In this document: positions 26,375-35,269 of the stretch, one piece after another
How the letters are laid out: each line of letters begins with the position of its first letter
Position numbering within the stretch: the first letter of the stretch is position 1
Assembly (NCBI GenBank): GCA_035914755.1
Contig: JAMIQD010000346.1
Coordinates: 1 to 40,872 of the forward strand
Length of the DNA: 40,872 bases
Source: Pseudobdellovibrionaceae bacterium
Lineage (GTDB): Bacteria; Bdellovibrionota; Bdellovibrionia; Bdellovibrionales; Bdellovibrionaceae
Reading direction: 5' to 3'
Translations under genes and position numbers: made by a program
Notes under the pieces: model-generated
What the model was told of the DNA's origin: nothing
Databases searched by the model: none
What the model saw: the letters and a program-made list of their open reading frames with translations, nothing else

Positions 26375-27913
26375 TTAATTATCCAAGACGGCGCTCATCA
26401 CCATTCTCACAGAGTTATCCACCATGCGCCTCAAGTCACCTTTGCCGCTAGCCTGGTCTTTTCGGCCAACGACATCCATGCTCTCCCAAATCCCCAAGGC
26501 TTGGCACTGGCTGCGTAGGGATGAGCGAGCAACTCCAAGTTTCCTGGAAGTCTCAGACAGGTTATAATCGCTTGCCTGATATGTCCTAAGGATAAGCGTT
26601 CTAACTTCGTTTTCGTGACGAGCGTTCATTTGTTCAAGCGATTCAAGGGTCGCAACTTTCTCAGTGCTTGCAGCACCTTCAAGCTCCCCGTATTTCTCGA
26701 TATGTTCTGGTAAAATAATTGGGCCGCTTACCAAGACCGAAAGTCGTTCAATTAAATTTTCCAGCTCGCGGACATTCCCAGGCCACGAATAAGAACGAAG
26801 TATATCCAGTGAATCGGGATGCAACTGTTTGGGCACGCTGTCAGATTGCGATGGCCGTCGTTTTTCTAGAAAGAACTCGCATAAAACTTCGACATCGTTG
26901 GGCCGCTCAGCAAGGGTTGGAAGATCAATCTTGATCTGCTTCATCCGATAGATCAAATCAGCTAGAAACTTGTCTTCACTTACCAGGACTTTCAAGTGCG
27001 GCTTTGCGGCGAATACCAATCGCACATCAACATGTTTTTCTACGCTACCGCCGACTCGTCGAACTTTTCGATCCTGGATAAACCGCAAAAGCATCGCCTG
27101 CGCTTCGTCGCTCAAATGGTGAACTTCATCTAAGAAAACAGTTCCGCCATTAGCCACTTCAAGCAGACCTATTTTTGATTCAGCTCCTGTAAAAGCACCT
27201 TTTTCGCTCCCGAATAACTCGCTGGCGATAAGTTCTGATTTTTTGAACTGAGTGCAATCAATTGTGCGGAACTGTTTCTCTTTTCGATCTGAATTCAGAT
27301 GAATCGCTCGCGCAAACAACTCTTTTCCAGTTCCAGTTTCTCCGTAAATCAAAACCGATAAATCTGATTTCGCTGTCTGCAATACAAGATCGGCTGCCGC
27401 CTTCATTTCACGATCAAGAGACACAACTCCAATTTTTTTGAGAGATTCTGGCACTTGGCTGATGCGCCGACTGCTGTTTCCAAGAAATCCGTTAAACTTA
27501 GAACGAAACTTCGTCAGTGCCTCGGTGATAAAAATTTGCAGCTTTTCTTGCTGCCCGACAAATTCTTTATAGAGGAATTTGTCAGCGCCATTTTTTAGCC
27601 AAAGGCGAAGACTCTCTGGCGTTGTATCCGACGACATCATGACAATTTCGATATAAGAGTTCACTCTTTTGATTGGACGTATGAAGTCCGCACCTAAAGT
27701 GGTCTTCTCTTTTGATTCATGAAAATGATGATCCATGAAAACCAAAAAAACATTGAAGGGATTTTTCTTAATCGACTCAAGTGCTAAATCTGGATGCGAA
27801 TGAAACTCCACGTCGAAAGCGCGGTCTGCTCCAAATGCCGAATCAAGTGAAATTTTGAGGCCGTCACGAAAACAGCTTTCGTCATCTACAAAAATAACTC
27901 GTGGTTGTTCCAT
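26375..27913 (-). CDS. Sigma54-dependent response regulator (REC-AAA+-Fis HTH, NtrC family)
   Basis: VIFVDDE and FMD receiver residues; GETGTGKE, ELFGSEKGAFTGA, FLDEV, WPGNVRELEN; C-terminal HTH; likely start 27913 with GGAGG RBS. Confidence 0.95.
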   Translation of the reverse strand: MEQPRVIFVDDESCFRDGLKISLDSAFGADRAFDVEFHSHPDLALESIKKNPFNVFLVFMDHHFHESKEKTTLGADFIRPIKRVNSYIEIVMMSSDTTPESLRLWLKNGADKFLYKEFVGQQEKLQIFITEALTKFRSKFNGFLGNSSRRISQVPESLKKIGVVSLDREMKAAADLVLQTAKSDLSVLIYGETGTGKELFARAIHLNSDRKEKQFRTIDCTQFKKSELIASELFGSEKGAFTGAESKIGLLEVANGGTVFLDEVHHLSDEAQAMLLRFIQDRKVRRVGGSVEKHVDVRLVFAAKPHLKVLVSEDKFLADLIYRMKQIKIDLPTLAERPNDVEVLCEFFLEKRRPSQSDSVPKQLHPDSLDILRSYSWPGNVRELENLIERLSVLVSGPIILPEHIEKYGELEGAASTEKVATLESLEQMNARHENEVRTLILRTYQASDYNLSETSRKLGVARSSLRSQCQALGIWESMDVVGRKDQASGKGDLRRMVDNSVRMVMSAVLDN

Positions 27914-27932
27914 AAGACCTCCCTCAATGCGT

Positions 27933-29324
27933 TTAAGCTTCGTTGGCTGCAAGGCTAAGCTGAACGCCGGTTTGTACTTTTGCATTTCGATTCATCGACA
28001 TCGGCAGAAAAATTCTAACTGCGGTGCCGACACCCTCTTTAGACGATATTAAAATCCTGCCATTATGTTTTTCGATGGTTTTCTTAGCCCACTGTAGACC
28101 CAAGCCCTTGCCATTGGGTTTTCCAAAGGAGCCACCTTTTTCTAAGATCGTCTTTAAAACTGCCTCCGAAATTCCAGAGCCATTATCGACAATTGAAATG
28201 CAGCACTCATTCGCAATTCTTGTGCAATTCACGTCAATGCTTCCTCGGTCAGAAACGGCGTAGAGCGCATTGTCGATTAAGTTGGAAATAATCCGCTTGA
28301 AGTCGCTGACTTGCATTTCAATGAACGTATCTTCTGCATTTAATTTTGTTTGCACCGATACTTGTGGCATCTGTCTGCACATCAGACTTTTTTCAGCAAC
28401 CATTTCGTTCAAGGCAAGATCGACAGACATTGGAAGCTTTTGTATCGGCACTCTATATTCAGAACCGTTGGTGGTAGCGGTGTACTGGCTAATAACATCG
28501 TTGGCGATGTCACTGATCCTTTGCGCAGAATGATTCAAAACGCCCTTAACCGTTGGATCGAGCTGAACTTGTGCCGCGTTGAGAGCCACCTGAAGACTAA
28601 CAATCGGTGAGCGAATATCATGAGCAACTTGTCTTGCAACATCGAGCGCGGCTTTTGCTTCGACTGCTGCCTTAGTTACTTCAAATTGATAACTCAAGTT
28701 TTTCGCCAAAGAGGAAAATTCGCTAATTTTAAACTTTGGTTTTATTTGCTTGTCGCTCGATTGCGTTTCTAAGATATTCATCAGTTCATTAAGCTCGATT
28801 CGAATTCGTGAGAATCCGATTGAAAGCCCTGCAAACAAAATTACGGCAAGAAGTACGAACCCGATAGCGTTCTTCCCCGCGTTTTTCCAAATTCCTGCAA
28901 TTAGATCTGAATTGTCGAATGTAATCGAGATATGTCCCATCCAATTCGAAGCATCTTCAGAAAAGTAGAGATCAGTATCCATGCGATGGAGACCTGATGA
29001 CGAAGTCTTCAGCTTATTACAACTTTTGATTGTTTCTGAGATCGACTTAATTTCGATGCATGAGATTTGTGAGTTCTGCGCAAGTTCGTTCGCCCGAATT
29101 CTTGCTTCAATAAGACTTCCTTGAATGATTGGCTGGCGAACAACTGCCGCGAAAGTTTCAAATGTGAGTTTCTGACTATCGAGACGGGAAGCTTTATTTA
29201 CGAGATAATCATTCCAGGCCAACAGGCCGCTAATGGCGGTGCTAACAAGAAGTACGATTGGAATAAAAATTCTCAGAAAATATCGTTGAATAGATCTTGT
29301 CGGAGATTTCCCTAAAATTCCCAC
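27933..29324 (-). CDS. Membrane sensor histidine kinase
   Basis: Two TMs flanking a periplasmic domain; QVAHDIRSP (H box), NLIDNA (N), DNGSGI (G1), GKGLGL (G2); GTG start overlaps the SBP stop. Confidence 0.95.
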   Translation of the reverse strand: MGILGKSPTRSIQRYFLRIFIPIVLLVSTAISGLLAWNDYLVNKASRLDSQKLTFETFAAVVRQPIIQGSLIEARIRANELAQNSQISCIEIKSISETIKSCNKLKTSSSGLHRMDTDLYFSEDASNWMGHISITFDNSDLIAGIWKNAGKNAIGFVLLAVILFAGLSIGFSRIRIELNELMNILETQSSDKQIKPKFKISEFSSLAKNLSYQFEVTKAAVEAKAALDVARQVAHDIRSPIVSLQVALNAAQVQLDPTVKGVLNHSAQRISDIANDVISQYTATTNGSEYRVPIQKLPMSVDLALNEMVAEKSLMCRQMPQVSVQTKLNAEDTFIEMQVSDFKRIISNLIDNALYAVSDRGSIDVNCTRIANECCISIVDNGSGISEAVLKTILEKGGSFGKPNGKGLGLQWAKKTIEKHNGRILISSKEGVGTAVRIFLPMSMNRNAKVQTGVQLSLAANEA

Positions 29325-30769
29325 TACAATCCCTTCACAAGATGGAGTCTCGGTGTATAGCGGAAAGTAGCCTCTTCAGAAATCATATTGGTTTGACCGA
29401 TAATGTAGAACGGAATACGCCATCCCGGAACCATCAGCTGATCTTTACGAAGCTGCTCATTGATCTGCTGAAACAGTTCACTTCTGACAGTCCAATTTTC
29501 TTCTTGTCGGGCACGCTTGTATTTTTCGGCAAGAGCCGGACCAATATAAGTTCCAAAATCTTTTACGAGAAATGTCGGAAGAAGAGCGATGAACCCTTCG
29601 GGATCATTAAACCCACCAGCCCATCCAGCAAATATGACATCAGGTTTTGTCTCAGCAATTTTCGTCATTTCAGATGGAGAAATTTTTATAATCTCAATTT
29701 GGAAACCGTGTTCTTTTGCGATTGCTTGAGCGTCATTTCCCTTAAGAAAATCATCGAAGGTCGCACCTATGAACGCGAGCCTGAGTGGTTCTGTTTTTTC
29801 ATATTTTTTATGCGTGATCTTTGGAGCTTGTGTAACGGCTAGATGTCCCGCAACTCCTTTAGGAATGACGCCAGTTGCTCGCTCAAGTTCCAATTTCTTA
29901 CAGCCCTTATCTAAGATCTCTTCGATCAATCCCATTGCTCGGGTTCGCATTTCCGGCGAATTGAAATGAGTTCCGTGCGGATGCCACCATGCCGATGTTT
30001 GTGCATAGCTTATTTGGTTAACTGTTTTGAGCCTTTCAAATCCGCTCACTTTTTGCATCCCGGTCTTTGTGGATAAGGTCGCGCCAGGAACGTAATCCGG
30101 AAGTCCGACGGCTGGCACATTGAGATCATGATCGCCAAAGAAAACAAGCTGCCATTCGCGGATGCTGATAGCTGACGCCTTTGGATATTTCTCGTTTACT
30201 TCGAGATTCCAATTCGTACCCTTTTTTAAAAGTCGGTAAGGTCCCGAACCAATGAGGGGTTCCGAAGAATCTTTATTGAAACTCCAATCAACAGGAACGA
30301 CACCAACTTGGTCTCGACTAAGAGCTTTAAGAATCGACACATTTGGCTCTTTAAGGTGGATGATGAGGGCGTCTGAAGCAGGGGCTTCGATGGATGAAAT
30401 GCTGCCGAGAAAATTACTCGACTGGGATTTTTTCTGAATGACACGATCAATAGTATATTTAATGTCTTTGGCTTCGAGCTTTTTGCCATTGGAGAAAACG
30501 CGATCTTTTCTAATTTTGAACTTAATAGTGAGGCCCTTATCCTCAAACGTCCAACTTTCTGCGAGACCCGGCGTAACATTACCCATCTTGTCAGTATCAA
30601 CCATAGGCTCGAGAATTTGACCCAAGACAATGTGTTCTGCGAATTGATTAACTTCGGCGGGATCGCGGGGAAAGGTTGGCGGAACGTATCCGTACTTTTT
30701 TGGTGCTGCCACACTAATTGTTGATGTCATAATTATGATCCCTCCGATCAAAACGAGCCACTTTATCAT
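29324..30769 (-). CDS. Family 5 (OppA/DppA-like) periplasmic solute-binding protein, with no adjacent permease
   Basis: Signal peptide; PGLAESWTF...FKIRKDRVFSNG...AKDIKYT; IGSGPYRL; GWAGGFNDPE. Confidence 0.9.
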   Translation of the reverse strand: MIKWLVLIGGIIIMTSTISVAAPKKYGYVPPTFPRDPAEVNQFAEHIVLGQILEPMVDTDKMGNVTPGLAESWTFEDKGLTIKFKIRKDRVFSNGKKLEAKDIKYTIDRVIQKKSQSSNFLGSISSIEAPASDALIIHLKEPNVSILKALSRDQVGVVPVDWSFNKDSSEPLIGSGPYRLLKKGTNWNLEVNEKYPKASAISIREWQLVFFGDHDLNVPAVGLPDYVPGATLSTKTGMQKVSGFERLKTVNQISYAQTSAWWHPHGTHFNSPEMRTRAMGLIEEILDKGCKKLELERATGVIPKGVAGHLAVTQAPKITHKKYEKTEPLRLAFIGATFDDFLKGNDAQAIAKEHGFQIEIIKISPSEMTKIAETKPDVIFAGWAGGFNDPEGFIALLPTFLVKDFGTYIGPALAEKYKRARQEENWTVRSELFQQINEQLRKDQLMVPGWRIPFYIIGQTNMISEEATFRYTPRLHLVKGL

Positions 30770-31566
30770 TAGCTGGCTCTCTTTCTTGCGATCTCGACTA
30801 ACTTCTTCCCGAAGGGCGTTAGTTCCTGGTCCTCAAACGCTTCGAGATTTTTCAGAAGTAACTCTTGATACTTCTGGTCTGTCTCGTTTTGTATTTTTTG
30901 AAACTGTACCATACGGTAAAGCGCCCACATAGAATGCAGTCTGCCAATCGGCGGTCGCTTGGTTCCTTGAAACGGTGCATGGATTTCGTTGTAATCAAAA
31001 GGTTGATTCACAAGTCGGTCGAGAAGATTGATGAGAAAAAGCTCCTGATGTGCCAACTCATGAACGACCGAAACCGCAAGCTGTTTTGCCGTTAACTCAT
31101 GAACACCGTCACCAATTAAAATCAGCCCAAAAATTTGCGGGTGCGACGCACTTCTGAAATTTACCGATTTCACCCTAACGAATGCTGCGACAAGCTCACT
31201 TAGCAAAAGCGAAATGCCCGCATCAGTCCGGTGGATCAACTCCAAAGCAGTTTGAAGCTTTTGAGAAATTTCTGATTCAAACGAAATCACCGCTGCTCCC
31301 GAGTAATCGGAAGCAAACGTTCTCTCAATCAAACCTTGTACTTCGTTGCTGATCCTAGCCACATCGAGTTCTTTTCTTTGGTTCGGAATGACAATGTCGT
31401 GTGGTCGTACATTTCCGTAAAACCCCATACATAATTCCGAAAGATTTTTTCCTTGAAGCTGAGACTTCGTTTCAGCCGTAAGACGACGGCGAAAAGAGGG
31501 TGCAATGCTAGTAAGTGTCCATTGCCCGGCTTCAAGCTCTGAAAGAATACGAGCGGAGAGGCTCAT
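30769..31566 (-). CDS. HExxH-domain protein (alpha-ketoglutarate/Fe HExxH peptide-modifying family)
   Basis: SASHPQIFGLILI, SVVHELAHQELFLINLLDRLV, APFQGTKRPPIGRLHS match the family pattern HExxH...P...RP..G.LH; no signal peptide. Confidence 0.8.
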   Translation of the reverse strand: MSLSARILSELEAGQWTLTSIAPSFRRRLTAETKSQLQGKNLSELCMGFYGNVRPHDIVIPNQRKELDVARISNEVQGLIERTFASDYSGAAVISFESEISQKLQTALELIHRTDAGISLLLSELVAAFVRVKSVNFRSASHPQIFGLILIGDGVHELTAKQLAVSVVHELAHQELFLINLLDRLVNQPFDYNEIHAPFQGTKRPPIGRLHSMWALYRMVQFQKIQNETDQKYQELLLKNLEAFEDQELTPFGKKLVEIARKRAS

Positions 31567-31874
31567 TATTCAGCAGCCCGTTTTACGATGTCTGCACTAA
31601 GTCTAACGAATACGCCGCTTTCATAAATTGAAAGATCCAGTTCGCCGTCTTCTTGAATTTGGAATGCCAGTTGTTGATTATTGTTAAGTTGGGCTTCTTC
31701 AATCATTCGCCCTAAGTTGATTTCCAAGGCTTTCGCTGCTTCGGATGTTAGGGAATAGTAGACACCCTTTTGAACCGCTAATGGCGCCTGTGATTGATCG
31801 GCGCTGGCCTGTGCTCCCTTGATACCGACAGCAAGAACAGCTACGGCACCTATAGTATTTCTTAACTTTTTCAT
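31566..31874 (-). CDS. Small secreted protein, putative signal/RiPP-like precursor (102 aa)
   Basis: MKKLRNTIGAVAVLAVGIKGAQA signal-like N-terminus; GAAGGGGG RBS; TAATG-coupled to the HExxH gene; first gene after a sigma54 promoter. Confidence 0.7.
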   Translation of the reverse strand: MKKLRNTIGAVAVLAVGIKGAQASADQSQAPLAVQKGVYYSLTSEAAKALEINLGRMIEEAQLNNNQQLAFQIQEDGELDLSIYESGVFVRLSADIVKRAAE

Positions 31875-31911
31875 CGAAACCCCCTTCGGTTGAAAACCTA
31901 TTGAAGTTCAG

Positions 31912-31927
31912 TGCACGTTAAGTGCCA
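31912..31927 (-). promoter_or_regulatory. Sigma54 (-24/-12) promoter of the peptide/HExxH/SBP/TCS operon
   Basis: Minus strand TGGCACTTAACGTGCA, near-perfect TGGCAC-N5-TTGCA with GG-N10-GC. Confidence 0.85.
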
Positions 31928-31975
31928 GCTGCCCAGCAAGTAAGCAATACTTAGAGGTAGGATATTCGTATATTT

Positions 31976-32075
31976 GTCGAGAACTCGCCAATACCTGTTT
32001 GTTTCGCACTTGCGTCCGTCGAAATCTCGCCAAAAGTGGTTACCTTTAGGCTCTGATCTGTCGAGATTTCGCCAA
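31976..32075. repeat. Three 16-bp imperfect-palindromic boxes at an exact 42-bp period (enhancer/UAS array)
   Basis: GTCGAGAACTCGCCAA 31976, GTCGAAATCTCGCCAA 32018, GTCGAGATTTCGCCAA 32060. Confidence 0.85.
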
Positions 32076-32144
32076 AGTGCGGTTTGGTTTTTGAATTTTT
32101 TTCATTTTTATCAGATCTGGTGAGAGCCGCTATGATAGCCATTA

Positions 32145-32483
32145 TTAGCGGACAATAACCCGACCACCTTCCATCATGTTCATTCCGCAACCAAAACGAA
32201 TTTCGCCTTTTTCAAGCTTTCCCAGAGCGACAGAAACAGTTTTGTTTAAAGGCAAATCGACTTTGATCTTTCTTGATGGCACCTGAACCTGATTCGCACA
32301 AGTGGAATCAGTTTTACGTGTCACTTTGAGTGTGACGTCAGTTCCTGGCTTCACGTCAATTGATTTCGGCTCGAAACCATTTTCAGTGACAGCAAGCTCA
32401 ATGCTTTGACTCGTATCTTTTGCTTGTGCAGTCGCGCTTAAAATTACAGCGGCTAGAAGTGATACTAAAATTTGTATTTTCAT
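32145..32483 (-). CDS. Periplasmic cupredoxin-domain copper-binding protein
   Basis: Signal peptide (AQA); GFEPKSIDVKPG, TCAN, RFGCGMNMM; ATGA-coupled to the cusA stop. Confidence 0.85.
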   Translation of the reverse strand: MKIQILVSLLAAVILSATAQAKDTSQSIELAVTENGFEPKSIDVKPGTDVTLKVTRKTDSTCANQVQVPSRKIKVDLPLNKTVSVALGKLEKGEIRFGCGMNMMEGGRVIVR

Positions 32484-34330
32484 TTTGTCTCCTTGAGTTT
32501 TAAGTTCATAGTTTTCTCTTTCCAAATGTAAAAAATAACGGGGTAGATGAGAAGTTCAAGCAAGAATGACGAGAGCAACCCGCCGATCATAGGTGCAGCA
32601 ATTCGTTTCATCACGTCAGCTCCCGCACCAATCGACCACATGATAGGAATCAAGCCCATAAAAAGCGCAAGCACTGTCATCAGCTTTGGCCGGACTCGGT
32701 GTACAGCTCCCTCAATCACAGAATCATGAAGATCCTGTCGGGTATTCATGGCTCCACGCTTTTCTCTTTCGTCATAGGCAAGGTCTAAATACATCAACAT
32801 AAACACTCCGGTCTCAGCATCAAGCCCTAAGAGAGCGATCATCCCGACCCAAGCGGCAATCGAAAGATTATAATCAAGTCCGACCAGAAACCAGACTGCC
32901 CCAATGAGCGAAAATGGAACTGCTAAAAGGACAATTCCCGTTTTCACCCACGACTTCGTATTAAAATGCAAAAGCAGAATAATTAAGATGAGCGTAAGCG
33001 GTATAACAACTTTTAATCTCGCTTTCACACGCTCCATATTTTCATACTGTCCACTCCACGAAAGAGTATAGCCAGCAGGTAACTTTACTTTTTCAGCTAC
33101 AACTGATTTTGCATTTTCAACGTAACTTCCAATATCTGTTTTTTTCAGATCAAGGTCGACGTAAACGTATCCAACTAGCGACGCGTTTTCGTCACGAATC
33201 ATCGAGGCACCCTCATTCACTCCAACAGTCGCAATTTCACTTAACGGAATTTGTGCTCCGGTTGGTGTTGAAATTAGAATTCTTTTGATCGCCTCTATGT
33301 CCTGGCGAAAATTGGGTGCAAGTCTGACTTGAATCGGATAGCGCTCGCGTCCGACAAGCGCCGTCGATACGTTATCGCCACCAATTGCACCCATCGACTG
33401 TTGTTGGGCTTCTTTAAGCGAAAGTCCGTAGGCTTGAAGTTTTTTACGGTCAAAGTTCACATCAAGAAAATAACCGCTCGAAACTCTTTCTGCGACCACA
33501 GTTCTTGTGCCTTCAACGGACATTAGGGCTGATTCAACATCACGGCCCACTTTCTCTATCATTTTTAAATCTGATCCAAAAATTTTTACTCCAATGGGGC
33601 TTCTAATTCCGGTTGAGAGCATGTCGATTCGATTCTTAATCGGCATAGTCCAGATGTTAGGCATACCCAAAAAATTGAGTTTATCATTCATTTCATTAAT
33701 CAAATTTTCTTCTGATATGGTCTCAGGCCATATACGTGTGAATGGAGTTTTCATGAAATTTGGCAAAGATGAATACCAGCGATGTTGTTTCCGCCATTCA
33801 GAATGTGGCTTTAGGACGATTGTCGTTTCAATCATCGAAAGAGGTGCGATATCAGTTGAGGTTTCAGCGCGTCCTGCTTTTCCAAAAACTGTATCGACTT
33901 CTGGAAAAGATTTAAGAATTTGATCTTGAACAGTCAAAACTCTTTGAGCTTCTGAAACTGAAAGACCGGGAAAGGCTGTTGGCATGTAAAGAAGACTGCC
34001 CTCGTGTAGTGTGGGCATGAATTCTGAACCTAGCATAGCAAACCCAGGAATGATTGATAGAACAGCGGCAAAAGCCAGAGCCAGCACAGTCTTTTTTCTT
34101 TCAAGCACCCAATGCAATACAGGTTCATAGATCGCAAAAAGTCTTCGACTGATGGGATGCTTATGTTCTGAATAATACTTCCCAACAAGAGTCGTATTTC
34201 CAACCCAATTAAGCCATGGGTATGGCCCTTTGAATTCATCTGGTCTTGCAAAAAGCATCCGCAATGCGGGATCAAGAGTAATCGCAAGAAGGGCTGCAAT
34301 TCCCATGGCTAAAGTTTTCGAAAGAGCGAG
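32480..34330 (-). pseudogene. cusA: 5'-truncated CusA/CzcA heavy-metal RND pump
   Basis: LALSKTLAMG, GSEFMPTLHEG, PIKNRIDMLSTG, GAVHRVRPKLMT; only about the last 617 codons remain; the frame runs into the IS21 end at 34331. Confidence 0.9.
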
Positions 34331-34495
34331 TGGAAGCGACGGTTTCGAAAGGGACCAATTTCATCGGTTTACCGGTCCCATGGGGACCAAAATCACCGGT
34401 TTAAAATGGGCCACTGTGGTCCCGGATACGGGACAGCCTCGGCCATCAACAAAAACAGTTGAGCCGATGCTGCCCCGGATTTGAGTGCCGGGTGA

Positions 34496-35269
34496 TTAGG
34501 CGTTTTGTTTTTTCGCCTTCATTTTTTCTTTTCTTTGATGAGGCCTATAGCTATCTCCTTCCATGTAGAAAACCTCAGCTTCATTGACGAGCCGGTCGAC
34601 GATGGCGTGGGCAATGGCATCGTTTGCAAATATCTGGTTGAACTTCCCGAACGGCAGATTGGTCGTTGCAATCGTACCAAGTTCAGCGTCGTGTCGGGCA
34701 GAGATCACCTGAAAGAATAAGTTGCTAGCCGGTGTGTCGAGCGCCACGTATCCCAGCTCGTCAATAATGAGCACCTGAGGTTTGCGGTACTTGTTCAGCT
34801 CACTTTCCAAGTTAAATGTTTTCTGTGCATGTTGAAGTCGGTTCACCATCTCCGCCGCCGTCACAAACAAAACGGTAAGGCCCCTTTGGCATGCGGCATA
34901 ACCGAGGGCTCTCGCAAGATGGGTTTTGCCGGTGCCTGCGTGCCCCGTTAAGACCGCCGATGGCAAATTGTCTTTTGCGACGCTCTGGTGCAGGGCCAGA
35001 TATGTCTTCTCAATCTTTTCCGTCGTCTTTGAATGACGGAAATCGAAGTTCTCAACCGTTTGAAGGCGCCTGAACTTCGCTACGCGGATTCGACTCTGGA
35101 TCAATTGGGTCTTCCGCTCTGCTCGCTCTTTTGCAATCCACCGAGTCAAGTACCGCGAGACCACTTCCTGCTCCGGCTCCTTCATCCCCGGCCAGTCCGT
35201 CATCAAGGACTCCGTCCATGACTTCAGCTTCAACTCCGCAAAGCCCGCCAGTAACTGTTCTGTTTCCAC
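34496..35269 (-). CDS. istB: IS21 helper ATPase IstB
   Basis: FDF, GHAGTGKTHLA, LIIDELGY, TTNLPF, AIVDRL, GDSYR; likely GTG start at 35269. Confidence 0.95.
   Translation of the reverse strand: METEQLLAGFAELKLKSWTESLMTDWPGMKEPEQEVVSRYLTRWIAKERAERKTQLIQSRIRVAKFRRLQTVENFDFRHSKTTEKIEKTYLALHQSVAKDNLPSAVLTGHAGTGKTHLARALGYAACQRGLTVLFVTAAEMVNRLQHAQKTFNLESELNKYRKPQVLIIDELGYVALDTPASNLFFQVISARHDAELGTIATTNLPFGKFNQIFANDAIAHAIVDRLVNEAEVFYMEGDSYRPHQRKEKMKAKKQNA

Larger units (their letters stand above)
845..32100 (-). mobile_element. Integrative conjugative element (tyrosine integrase, MOBP relaxase, F-like T4SS, cargo); right boundary not seen and probably beyond the copper genes or the window
   Basis: Co-oriented int, xis, relaxase, mobC, oriT-like site and tra gene set. 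Confidence 0.85.

Noticed and set aside
31976-32075. Possible mini-CRISPR array
   Set aside because: Repeats are only 16 bp and imperfect, there are three copies, no cas genes are present, and the position upstream of a sigma54 promoter fits an enhancer.
31951-32190. 79-aa ORF with repeated FGEISTD-like peptides, tempting as a multi-core RiPP precursor
   Set aside because: The peptide repeats are the translation of the three 42-bp-phased DNA boxes. The same boxes occur in non-coding DNA at 23307-23364, and the ORF overlaps the cupredoxin gene in another frame.
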